Shown: positions 34,576 to 47,700 of the stretch, in pieces
Numbering within the stretch: the stretch's first letter is position 1
How the letters are laid out: every line of letters begins with the position of its first letter
NCBI GenBank assembly: GCA_000934665.2
Contig: JYFJ02002952.1
Coordinates: 1 to 48,492 of the forward strand
Direction: 5' to 3'
DNA length: 48,492 bases
Source: Catajapyx aquilonaris
Taxonomy: Eukaryota
The notes under the pieces: generated by a model
Seen by the model: only the letters and a program-made list of their open reading frames with translations
Database searches by the model: none
What the model was told of the DNA's origin: nothing
Position numbers and translations under genes: made by a program

Positions 34576-36310
34576 ATGGAAGAACCGGAGAGCCAACCGG
34601 AGTCGCCCGAATCTGCGGAGGATGACGAGGAGGAGGTGAAGTATAATTTTTTAAATTACCGTGGATGAAGGCGTAATTTGTATGTAGGTTTGCTGACTTT
34701 GTTGTGGCTTTTCCAGGGGAGCGGAGATACCGGTACGGAGGAAGATGAGGATGTGCCTCTTGAAGATGGTGGAGCGTCTGTACCCACTGATGGCATGGAT
34801 AGGACTGGACGAAGGTCACCATATCCACGTGACCCTGGGGTCGAGATCACCCCAGGGGAGTACCCGCCCCTGTTGGCCCCGCAGATCGCAGGGAGGAAGC
34901 ATGGGAAGCCGTACGTGAAGGTCAAGGTGAAGCCGTCTCCAGTCTCGATGGGGACCCCGAAGTACCAGACTCACATGTCCAGCGGGAGTGTGCTGGGAAC
35001 GAAACCATCTGCCACATCATCGCAGCAGCTGAAGACCAATCCGGCCAAGGTCACAAGGGCCAAGTGAGTCCATCTCAAATCGCTCTGATATTCAATGCTA
35101 CGTTTTGCTGAATCCTTCAGGTACATGGAGCGCATAATGCGCGGGAACCACACGCTGACGGAGAATGCCAACTTTCTGAATGGCTTCTTCGAACGTTACG
35201 TGTTCACCTTACCGGAGGACGTGGTTCAACCGGAAGTCAGGAAAAGGAGGACAGAGGAGATGTGCGCTTGGCTTACACAGACGCACTTTGTGGTCTGTAT
35301 TTATGACTCGTATGCACTTGGGCATTAATCTGTCCCTGGAAATATTTGCTGAGGTCAAAAACGGCCAAGTCCATATGATAAAACTGGTCGGAAAACTTCG
35401 CTGATAATTCGCTCACATGTAAACGCAGCTTTAGACCCCTCATTTAGTTAACGTTTTTTTTTTTTTCTCTCCAGGACATCCGCACTTCCCTGAATGAGCT
35501 GGAAGAACAAGAGCAGGTGGTCAAGAACGTGATCCAATCCAACAAAAACCACAACATTGCGCTGAGGATGCTGGTCAAGAGCATCAGCCTTGTTATCATC
35601 GGATACAACGTAAGCGAGTCGTGTTGAAGCCGTGCCGCAGTTACCGTCTTTTCCTTCTTTGTCCGCAGAGCTACCTAACCCAGATGGAGCTATGGACGTC
35701 CTCGACAGGCCGTGCCATGATGCTGGATGCCCTGGAGTACCTTCTGGAGTTGTCCCGCGAGACCCTGGAGCACTCCTGCTACCTCTGTATCCCATCTGTT
35801 GAGCTGGATGCGGCCCTCGCCAACCTGAGCCACGGGATAACCCTGATGCGACTGAAGGCCAGGAAGCACACCTGGCGGGTAGAGGAGGTCAACTGGTGCA
35901 GGATGATGGAAGAGAAGGCCAGGGAATGGTTCAGGCAGAGGAACGCCGAGCTGATCGAGCCGGACCCTGCGACGGAACCAACAGCTCCCGATAAGAAGAA
36001 GAAGAAGTCGAAGTCGGAGACAAGAGATGGTAACTATTTGTTAATTAATTAAGAGTATGTTTTAATCATGAGCTTCTGTGTAGGCGAAGACGAGGACCAG
36101 TTCACCCCTGGAGACATGTCGCCAGACAAGCGAGTCGCACCAGATAGTCCAGACTCGCCTCTGGTGGATTCGCCCCAGGAACAGCCTGTGGTGGAGCCTG
36201 TGAAGGAGCCTGAAGAGCCAATTCCCGAATCAATTCTGGAAGAGATTCCCGCGGATTCGGAGGACGCAGCAAGTCAAGGAAGTGGAGGATCGGATCCACC
36301 ACCGGAATAA
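34576..36310 (+). CDS. Uncharacterised protein with acidic/Pro-rich termini and a helical core (6 coding exons)
   Basis: Exons 34576-34635, 34717-35063, 35121-~35235 (phase-0 donor uncertain), 35475-35609, 35669-36029, 36084-36310; GC3-rich codons and good acceptors; KKKKKSK basic patch; no family recognised. Confidence 0.72.
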
Positions 36311-36637
36311 TCAGATGCGGTTGTTTTAGGCACGAATAAATACGCATTGAGACTGCGGAATGTAGTTTTGGGTGCATGCTGGAAACGCTGCGGCATGTTG
36401 CAGCTGGTCTTTCTGTTCTGTCATTTGGGAAGGGCGTACTAATAACACAGTGTTGATTCACTGCTTCACCGCAACGTACTGAACACTTGTCGCAGGTGCT
36501 CGCAGGTGAGAAATTTTGCGATGGTATGACATGGTGCACATGGATTTAATTTCTGTCGGATTGTTACAGTTGAGCCGTTGCGCTGAATAATTGCGAACTT
36601 GTTACGGCAACGGACACTTGAATTATTCTTGGCTTTG

Positions 36638-39600
36638 TTACACGGTTTTTACGCTTAAATGCGATGGAACTGCGTTAAGCTCTGGCTCATCACTTGAGCT
36701 CTCGTTTGATTTGTTTGTGCCTTGCTTTCCAGACTTGCTGCCGCCAGATGGTGTGTTCACGAAGGAGCTTCCTGCTGTTTCATCGCTGCTGAACGTCCCG
36801 GAGCTGGGGAAGTCCCCTCGCTTGCTGATTTGGGTGAGCTTGGTGGGATTCGGGAGGGTAAAGTCGACATCGCTTGGTATCGGCTCGATCAACCATTGCA
36901 GCGAGAGATTCTCCTCGATCTCGTCCAAGTAGTAGTCGCGGCTGGTGCTTGGACCGTACACAGACGCGCTCTGCACCAAAAGGTCACTGTCGTCTTCACC
37001 AGTGTCCGATTCGATCACCATTGATTCCGAGTTCGAATCGACTTCGTATAGGCCAGTGAAATTTTGGACCGTCGTTGCTTTTGTCATCAGGTACGGCTGG
37101 AAAGAAGGAAAAGGAAAGAAGCCTATCATGCATGCGCAACTCATATGGAGTTTAACTAATTTCAATTTTTAAGATTGCAGCTCATTGTCAGCACTGATGC
37201 GGGGAAAAAATCATTACGGAATTAGACCTAACTTAATGATAATTTTGACTTTTAATGTCGCGCTTAATGCAACTTTTTTTGGGACTTAGCGGATTCTCCT
37301 ATGTGCTAGCAATGTGCAGTGCGATTAAAAATAGTGGGCGATTAGTACTTAACCGGTGTGGTTATTGGCGGAGGTTGATGCACGATCCAGCGGGCATCGT
37401 TAAACTTTGGATGTGTTTTGTCGCCAAGCATCTTGAAAACGATGGACTCCGCAGTGCTCACGAAACAGCCTATTTGGCGGAGACGCTGCAACACAAGGGT
37501 TCATATCAGGTTCGTTACAGGTAATGTCCGACGCTGTGATTTTCCTCACATCAAATGCCAGCAGCCGGTCGAACTGATTGCGAGAAGAAGTGGCGTCCGC
37601 GACCACATGGACGTTGTAACCACGCTCAAGAAGGTCGATTGCCGTCTGCTCCACCACCACATGCGTCTGGAAAGAATTAACTTGGGTCACGTAATGGTGA
37701 GGATAACTTAAAAGTGTAGTGCAGCCAGTTATGTAATACGGCCAACTTGTTTTTATTTTTCAGTATCAACAACTGACCTCAAAGCCGAAGATGACCAGGG
37801 TGTAGACACGTCCGTCGTAGATGTTCTCCAGCACACTCTCCACCTCAGGCACGACCATGGTGAATTTGGTCTTCTCGAAAACCCCGATCGCATGTGCGAT
37901 GTCTAGCTCAGAGAGAGTGTGTCCGAGAGTCGGCGGATGCTGCTCGGTAACTATCAGAGGAATTTCCAGGATCCTGGAAATGTCTGTCTGGAGCACGGAA
38001 GTTGAGACAAATATCATGTAGTGAGCGTCAGCATTGTTGCTGATGATACTTTGTACAGTAGGAAAAGGAAGAATTGAATTAATTAATTTTAATCAATGTA
38101 ATTAATTTATTCTAATTAATATTAATCGGGTTTAGACAAGCTAATTTTAATTAACCTATTTTAATCGAGTTTAAATAGCTTATTTTAATTGAGTTTAGTT
38201 AATTATATTTTAATTGATTTGAACGATTATATTATAACTGATTTTATTTTAGCTGATTTTTAATTGATTTTATTTTCATTGATTTTATATTACCCAGTTA
38301 TTTGTCTAATGTTATTTATTTTTATCATCTAATTTAATATGCACTATGTTGTAATTAGTTTAAGTTAGGTTAATTAATTTAATGCAATAAATTTTATGAG
38401 TCAGTTCTTTTAATGAAGCTAAGTGAATTATTTTCATGAATTCATTTTTATTTTTATCAATTAATTTTATTTCGATAAATTCGAGTAATTTTAATTTACT
38501 TGTATTGCAATTATTATTTTCGCAGTGTAATTAATCCACTTCGTTTGATTTAATCAATCAATGTTAATAATTGGGTTTTAATTAATTTTTAATTGATATA
38601 TTTTAATGGATTTCATATTACCCAGCTTAATTTTATCTGACTTATGTAATTAGATTTATATCATAATTTAACATATTTTAATTATCATTGCAATTGGTTT
38701 AAGTTACCATATTTTAGTAAATTTAATTACATATATTTCATAAATCCAATTACTTTAATGAAGTTAAGTATAAATGATTTTAATGAATTTTTTTATTTTT
38801 ATCAATGAATTTTATTTCGATAACTGATTAATTTTAATTTAATCATTTTTGTGGCAACTGTTTTCACGTATTAATTAATCTAATTTGTTTTATTTAATTG
38901 ATTTACTTTTATTCTTATCGATGGATTTTGTTACGATAAATAATAATTAGAGTATTTTGTAATAAATCATTTTCATCGCAATTGTTTTCGCATATTAATT
39001 GTAATCCACTGTTTGATTTAACTTAATCATATTTTGAGATAATGTATTTTAATTAATTTAATTAAGTTAATTGGTTTTACTGAATTCAATTGATTTGTTG
39101 CACTGAATTCAATTAATTTGTTATGTTAATTGGATTTTACTACTAGGCAGCATCTATTTTTTTTTTTTTTCCGCCCACCCACAGAAGCAATGTGCTATTA
39201 ACCGCAAAAGTAATGTCGCTTGTCGCACTGTTATGTGATGGCGCCTACGATGTATTGTTTAGCATGGGCAATGCTCAACAATAAGTCGCGGACACCATCA
39301 CATAACAGTACGACATTACTTTTGTGGTTAATAGTAGCTACTCCATGAGCAGTTGGGACACCAATATACATACCAGCCTCCTGATGACCCTCACGATGTC
39401 GCTGAAGTGGTAGATGGATTCCCTGTACCTCTCCTGCGAGTCGCACATCATGAAGATTGTCGAATCCTGGTAGATGGCCCCTATCCTGCACATGTAGTCC
39501 GTCGTATCATCCTCTTCATCCTCATCCTCATCCCCTTCCCCTTCCTCCTCCTCGTCCTCCTCCCCCTCCCCAACCACCCCCTCCTCATACTCCTCTACCT

Positions 39601-39643
39601 CCTCCTCCCCATCCTCCAGTGGCTCTTGGTTATTGCTCGCCAT
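36638..39643 (-). CDS. ISOC1: Isochorismatase domain-containing protein (ISOC1/2-like), catalytic Cys replaced
   Basis: Exons 39643-39374, 37987-37778, 37666-37550, 37485-37354 and probably 37096-36638 (395 aa); without the last splice it ends VKY* at 37342 (246 aa). Motifs MMCDSQERYR, IPLIVTEQHP..LGHT, FEKTKFTM, GFETHVVVEQTAIDLL, VHVVADATSSR, RLRQIGCFVSTAESIVF, HPKF. Symbol is family-level only. Confidence 0.87.
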
Positions 39644-39818
39644 AACTCGCTCTGAATTTACACTTACCAAGAAAAACAAAACTTCTTAAATATTTATGAA
39701 CCCATGACCATAACGCTTTCGAATTTTATTTTTGCTGCAAATTCCGTTACCGAGGAGACTTACACCGCCATAATTTGTTGTTAATCCTAATTCGAGCGTA
39801 ATAATTATCTCAAACAAA

Positions 39819-39893
39819 GCAATTAAATAATTAATATTCATGGCCCCCCCCAATTATTGGGGGGGGGGGCATGAATATTAATTATTTAATTGC
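39819..39893. repeat. 75-bp palindrome with C-run/G-run centre
   Basis: GCAATTAAATAATTAATATTCATG..CCCCCCCCAAT-T-ATTGGGGGGGG..CATGAATATTAATTATTTAATTGC. Confidence 0.85.
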
Positions 39894-39946
39894 CTTGTGT
39901 TATAGTATATTTCATAATGATTTGGTGTGTTCAAATAGCCCGCCAG

Positions 39947-40054
39947 TGACGTCACGGGGAAAGCGCGGCCATCTTTATGACGTCACAAGAAGGCGGGGCC
40001 ATCTTTATGACGTCATATGAATGCGGGTCACGGGAGGGTGACGTCACTTCCTGT
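39947..40054. promoter_or_regulatory. Array of four perfect CRE palindromes with YY1-like and ETS-like motifs
   Basis: TGACGTCA at 39947, 39978, 40008 and 40039; GCCATCTT before copies 2 and 3; CACTTCCTG overlapping copy 4. Confidence 0.55.
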
Positions 40055-41788
40055 TCCATCATCACTTCCTCTTTTTCTGGTTTGTTTAATTCTGGAACAT
40101 TTTTCTGATAATGGAATGGAATCTGGTCGAATCCTGACCTTTTCCTTGACCTGACCTGACCTGACCTGGTCTTTTCTGCTCTCTTTTGTGTGTGTGTGTC
40201 TGCTTGTCAAACGTTGTTGGTCCGCCTTGCTGGGTTTGCGACTATCTTTTTCTCGGCGGTTTGTGTGATGAGCTGCTCATCTTACACGTTGGTGGTGCGT
40301 CCCAGTCTAAAATTTGGGGGATGGCCACCCATGTCATCTTTCTCTTCCTTGGTAATGGATGTACAGTAACAGTAGGCTACTATAGTCATTATTGACCTTA
40401 TGCCTTCCTGTAGGTGTATCAATTATGTGGTTGTGATAACCTACTGGACGTGCATGACTGCGAAAATAATATTTTTGCAGATGGTTAGGTTCATGAAACC
40501 GATCACATACTAAAGTTATAATTTCTTACATAATTTATTAGAGGGGGGGACAAAGTATGTGAATTTATCTGATTACGGCACTTTGATACTACGCCTTAAA
40601 GTGCTGCGTAATTACATTATGTAATCTTGATTCAAGTATTACCTTTGGTTTGAACCAGTTTGTGCTGGATTATTATCAGACATAATGTCGATGTTACTGT
40701 TGAATTGTATATTTCGTCACGCTGTGGTCACTATTATCAAATGCTGTGAAAGTTGAAACGTCACAAAATTGTCTGGTGTTTTGGAAATATGTAGGCTATG
40801 GTTTCACTTGTAAAATGCTACCTTCGATTTTTACATGGAGAAGGATACTGTCCGCTACTAGTACATTTCAGGTCGACGGTTTCAAGTTTCGACCGTTTTA
40901 AGAGAACGATTACAGTTGTTCTTTGTCCTCTAACTGTGATATTTCGTTTTTATTACTGATGCGTGTTACTTCCCCTGAAATAGTAGGCCTAATACTTACA
41001 GTAGACTATGTGTATTGTTGTGACGATAATTAAAGAGTATTAAATGTATGGGGTGTAGTTGATTAAGTGTGTGAGAAATGGCTTTAATAATACTTATCAG
41101 TTTTCTCTCTCTCTCTTTTGCGTCTTCTTACTTGTTTACGTTGCGGAAGCCTTTTGTTTGAGACTACGTTTCTCTGAGATGCTGTGTGCATGATGAGTTG
41201 CTCTTACATGTTCGTGGTAAAGTAGATAAAGTAATTATTGAGAATGACAAGCGGTCCTTCGCAGCATGCTTGACGGCTCTCTTCGCGGTTGTTAGTCCAG
41301 CACATTGGTGATGGTTGTAAATGGGCAATTTTATGATGGACAATCTGATATTGTTGTGGTTTTTCCATTGGGAACATTTGCCAACTATGAGTATTCGGTG
41401 ACTGTCATTATGCAGAACATGAGTGTTTGTGACTTATCCTCTCAAATGTATGAGATGTGTTGCTCGTTATGACCGTCGAAGGCTTTCCTCGCTTGCTCGG
41501 ACTGATTCAAATTTCGTACATTTTCAGTTGCAACACTTGAAGGTTCGTGTGTAATGTACGGTTGTCTCTATGCCTCTAAATAAGAACACAATTTTCCGGT
41601 ATAGGATTGGAGCAATTTGGTGTTCACTTATTGCTGTGTAAGGCATGTTTCACTGAACGAGGCGGAGGCTGCTCTTCTCCTTTTGATGCCTGATGATGGG
41701 TCTCATAATTTTTCCATGCAGGTTGCTACCATATTCATATCTATTTGTATCATATATATACATTTTTTGATTATTTATCCATTTTACT

Positions 41789-44700
41789 ATTTTAGTGTAC
41801 ATAAATGAAAGTCCTCTTACTGACTTGAAAACCATTATACAAATCTGCGTTTTATTGATTTCTTCGTAAACCCGAGTGTACATGTTTAAAGTGTGACTGA
41901 TCGTCTGATTGTAAGATACACATGGTTTTGTTGCCAATGGATCTCGACAGGTTTTTTTTTTTTCTGCTTCAGATGCCCCTAAACGGAATGGTTCGCTGTT
42001 ACACATTCGTGAATAAGGTTTTTGTACTGTGCATTCCAGTACACTTGCTTATTGCGTCCCTTAATCTGACTATATCAGCTGAGAGAAACTCAATATTGCC
42101 TCTTCGCATGTTTAGGTTACAACTTGTTCAGAAGGTAGAGAGTGTTTCCTGGTCTCCAAATATGGGCAAATTAATAACCCACATGAAAATTGGCTGTGTT
42201 AAGGAGCTGTATGCAGTAGTTTTAGTGTTTTATTGTTTTCACCAAGAGTATCCCTGCCAGAAAACGATTAAGTTTTTTTTCTAGCATCTCATAGACAGTA
42301 GACTATTTACAAGTCACACACTGTACCATAGGCAGCTAGTGTTATATTTTATGCTAGTTCATATATTATTTTTATGTGTCTGTGACTTTATTTAGTGTGT
42401 TTGACAGCAACTGCATAGCGACACAAGTAGTGCAGAGGTATCCTCGCCTACATGATACTGGTAACAACAACGAGAGATTCCTTTGACTTAATGATGTGTG
42501 TACATCCTAGTATTTGGTTGCATATTGTCTCTCTCCACTTTTGCTTGCAGAATTTGGACCTGCAGTTTTTTGAAGGCTCATGGGAGTTATGCTGATGGAG
42601 TTCAATAACGTTGCTCTCTCTTTCAGTGTCGGTGGGCATTCAATTTGGTGTTCATTACTAGAGGCTTCAATGGGTTTTCAACCAATAAGAGACATTTGCA
42701 TGGGATTGCAACTACTTTTCTCGGCGGTCTCTGCTGGACATATTCTTCGGGCACTTATGCCATGGTGTCTCCGACTCTCTCGGAACCAAACCGTGAGCAA
42801 TAATTAACAACAACTGCTTACATAAAAATAATTTTTGAACATTGTTGTTGGTCGAGACTAATACTTAAAGCATATGGAGCCGCAAGCCGACGGTTTAATA
42901 TTTGCATTGACACATGAAACTGCAAGCTCGTAATGCATCATCAACAGGTATGTTCATCTCGATGGTCCTGTTCGGATGTCCTGGGAACCAACCGCTACAC
43001 GGCTGTTCAAGAATGACAACCAGGTCGTTCTACAATTTCCTTGATTATTCTCTCACAAGTTCAGGTTGCCCTATAGCTGCACTTGACATGTATACTCGGC
43101 TGTCTGTGTACTTTTTCATGTTCATCGCCAAAATGGTTTTGTTTGAATCGGCTCTGTACCGAAATTATGAGGGGAACCAGAATATTATGGCATTTGAGAG
43201 TCAAATCTGCTGATTCGCAGTATTAACTACAGCTCTTCGTAGTCTGTGATCACTCACCCGGGTTTACTCTGGTTGTCAAGTAATAACATTCGTCATTATA
43301 CCGCATAGGACAATTATTTCCTAATAATTATTCATGCAAATATTATCCAAAAATTAACAAATTATGATAATAATCTGTTACCTAAAAATAGTGCCATATG
43401 TAGCACAATGGGAGCTTAGCCTGCATAACTGACTGGGTGGTTCCAGTCGAAAAAGAATACACAGCGGTTGCCAATTTTGTGTCAAAATGTCCCGGTCTGC
43501 TAATAACAGACTGTCCATCGTATTAGGCGAGCGGTCACTCGGCCTTCTGAGAGGTCCAGTGACCAGCACTTCGGGTATAACAAGCAAATGACCCCCTTTG
43601 TTTGGTATTCTTTCACAGATGGAACCACAGCACCTCCATGTCTGTGGCCCACAATAGACTGAGACTCTAATGTTTATGGATGGTGTGTGACAACGTGTTC
43701 CAGCACTGATATGAAGGCTACAGAGACAGCTTTTGAGAACTTTATCAAGAACACGAACTTAATTGTTAATAACATTGGTAATCTAGAGCATTAAATTAGC
43801 GTCCTGCTGCTCATTACGTATCCTTCGACGGTCCTTGGTATTGCTAATATGGCGTTTTGCATGATTCATTTCCGTCCTTGGTTGTTGCCTGTTAGTGCTC
43901 ATTGTAACTATAGCCATTGTCGCTGCGCTTTTGCTTTACTATACTGTTCGTATAATATCTGTTATTCAATATCATGATACACTTATGGGATGAGGCATCA
44001 TCGCACCATGCACATTGGCAATGTCTCTCTCCGCTTTTGCTTGCAGAATTTGGACCTGCAGTTTTTTGAAGGCTCATGGGAGTTATGCTGATGGAGTTCA
44101 ATAATGTTGCTCTCTCTTTCAGTGTTGGTTTGGGCCTTCAGCAATTTGGTGTTCATTACTAGAGGCTTCAATGGGTTTTCAACCAATAAGAGACATTTGC
44201 ATGTCATTTTCCCATGACTGGAACACTGTTGAAATGATCTCTGTGGTGAAAGTTACGTAACTGCCCTCCTTCGTGGTACAGTCGTCCTGCACTGGAAGTT
44301 TTCGTCTTGAAATGTGATGAACTCTTTGAATTGTTATTAATTAGATCGCAGCTTAATTTCAGAGCTATTCTTACTCTGGGCAATTGCAATGAGTGAAAGG
44401 TCACATTTGATACACACTTATGTTGTTCAGCATGCTGAGATTAAAATAGTCATGTACTTGTCAGTTTTCTCTCGTTTTTTGCGTATTGTTAATCAGCTTG
44501 TCGGACGTTACCGGTTTCCTACATGGGCTGGGAAGTCCTTCTGGCTGTTGCACTGGAATGGCAGTGACAGCCAATTACTGAGTGATGCACCCACCACGTT
44601 GGGATTGCTACTAATTTTCTTGGCGGTCTCTGCTGGATATATTCTTCAGGCACTTGCCATATGGTGTCACCGACTCTCTCGGAACCAAACCGTGAGCAAT

Positions 44701-47700
44701 AATTAGCAACAAATGCTTACATAAAAATAATTTTTGAGCATTGTTGTTGGTCGAGACTAATACATATCAGCCTCTTTCGTCGCTGTGGAGTGTTAAGTGT
44801 TAGTAGTTATTTTTTGAACTTATTCGCAACCATTCAAACTCCGGCCTTATGCGATGTGACAGGACATAACATAAGACGCCCTTATCTGCCCTTACGATGA
44901 ATAGTACTAAAGTGTAAGGTGAGTGTAGTAGATTAAGTGTCGAGAACTTATTATTTCCGTAGCGTCATTTATAATTTTCCTGTGATGAAATTAATTGTAT
45001 AGTCATGAAACTATCACTCACCCGGGTTTACTCTGTTTGTCAAGTAATAACGTTTGTCGTTATACCGCGTAGGACATTATTTCCTAATTATTCATGCAAA
45101 TATTATCCAAAAATTAACAAATTATGATAATAATATGTTACCTAAAAATGGTGCCATATGTAGCACAATGGGAGCTTAGTCTGAGTGGTTCCAGTCGAAA
45201 AATACATAGTGGTTGCCAATTTTCTGGCAATTACCTTCTCATTTTTAAGTATAGTAGTTACTTTTGCATTGTTACGCTTATGGGTTATCAAATGATCCGT
45301 TAGAAACGATACGGTATGCTTATAGCTGGAGCTCGTCTGACTGTGAACTACAAATCCGTATTCATATAGTCTTCACCACAATAAGGCACTGCCAACATTG
45401 CCCATTTTTATTCTGCTCAGCACAGCACGTAACGTTGCCAGCACTGATGCGTAATACGACACTGAAATAATAATGCACTTGTTTATGTGAATTGTGAAGA
45501 GATTGTGAAGTATGTATTGTGGGGCAAGTTGATTAAGTGTTTGAAGCGTCCATATTTAAATTGAAACCATTCCATCGGAATATTCGGATTTGACATATAG
45601 ACTAATTTAATTGTCACATATTTTTCATTTGCAGCACAATGGAAGTTTACTGTCATTTACTGCTGGAAATATTTTTCAGGCGTTTGGCGTGGTAACTCGA
45701 TCTTCTCCTCCAACAAGCAAGCCATGAGCAATAATTAACTTCAATGAATGCTCACGTCGAAATATTTTTTGATTAGCACAGTTGCATGTAGTCGGCTAAT
45801 GTTATAGTGGTAAACCTCCCGACCCACTGCAACCGTGGCGTTGCATGATAATCTGTTGACTCTTGCCTCTTGCCGACTTGTAGATCAGTTGTGTAAGTGT
45901 CAGTTGACACCTGCTTCCTCTTTTATGAAAGGAAATTGCAAATGTATTACTGCGTACATTATTGAATATAATATTAGTGGACATTTGTATTTTATTATAT
46001 ACACGACTTTCACTTTCATCGCAGGTGTCAGGTCATTTCTAATAATTTCTGTTGCAGTGTTGCGAGAAGAGTAACTCTGATGGCCATCCTTTTGATTCTA
46101 ATTGTGATGTGTATATGGATTGTGTGCGACAACGTGTTCCAGCCAGGTTCCAGCACTGAAGGCTACAGAGACAGCTTTTGAGAACTTCATCAAGAACACG
46201 AGCATAATTGTTAATAACATAGGTAATCTAGAACATTAAATTAGCGTCCTGCTGCTCATTACCTATCCTTCGACAGTCTGTGCCTGTTAGTGCTCATTGT
46301 AACTAGCCATTGTCGCTGCGCTTTTACTTTACCATACTGTTCGTATAATATCTGTTGTTCAATATCATGATATACACTTATGGGATGAGGCATCCTCGCA
46401 CCATGCACATTGGCAATGTTACTATTGCATTTGGTTTTGTTTAATTATATTTCTTCACGCTATGGTCATTATTTTCAAATGCTGTGAAGGTTGAAGGGTC
46501 ACAGAAGGTAAATTGTTTCTCTTGTAAATTTCTATCACATATACTGATATGAAATTTCGCAAACTTGAAGGCCTTGATATTAGGCATTTTTTCGTTATAG
46601 TTCCTGCAGGTTGTGGCGATGGTATGATCCAGCACTTCCTCCTCTTGTGGGGCTGGTGCAGAGACATCTTCATGAATTGTAGATATCAGCTAGATGTCCA
46701 TTAGGTTACTTGCAGCAGATCAAAGTCATTGCAATTAGCCGTCCTCTTGGCCGACTTGTACATTGTTTCATTGTAATTAATTAAGGAACGCAAAGCTGAT
46801 ATTATAGGCGTATATTATATTTCATTTAGTGTACATAAATGAAAGTCCTCTTACTGACTTGAAAACCATTATGCAAATCTGCGTTTTAATTATTGATTTC
46901 TTCGTAAACCCGAGTCTACATGATACTGGTCACAACAACGAGAGATTCCTTTGACTTAATGATGTGTGTACATCCTAGTATTTGGTTGCATACTGTCTTT
47001 CTCTGCTTTTGCTTGCAGAATTTGGACCTGCAGTTTTTTGAAGGCTCATGGGAGTTATGCTGATGGAGTTCAATAACGTTGCTCTCTCTTTCAGTGTCGG
47101 TTGGGCCTCCTTCAATTTGGTGTTCATTATTACTAGAGGCTTCAGTGGGTTTTCAACCAATAAGAGACATTTGTATGTCATTTTCCCATGACTGAAAACT
47201 GTTGAAATGATCTCTGTGGTGAAAGTTACGTAACTGTCCTCCTTCGTGGTACAGTCGTCCTGCACTGGAAGTTTTCGTTCTTGAAATGTGATGAACTCTT
47301 TGAATTGTTATTAATTAGATCGCAGCTTAATTTCAGAGCTATTTTTACTCTGGGCAATTGCAATGAGTGAAAGGTCACATTTGATACACACTTATGTTGT
47401 TCAGCTGAGATTAAATAGTCATGTACTTGTCAGTTTTCTCTCGTTTTTTGCGCTTGTTAATCAGCTTGTCAGACGTTACCGGTTTCCTACATGGACTGGG
47501 AAGTCCTTCTGGCTGTTGCACTGGAATGGCAGTGACAGCCAATTACTGAGTGATGCACCCACCACGTTGGGATTGCTACTAATTTTCTTGGCGGTCTCTG
47601 CTGGATATATTCTTCAGGCACTTGCCATATGGTGTCACCGACTCCCTCGGAACCAAACCGTGAGCAATAATTAGAAACAAATGCTTACATAAAAATAATT

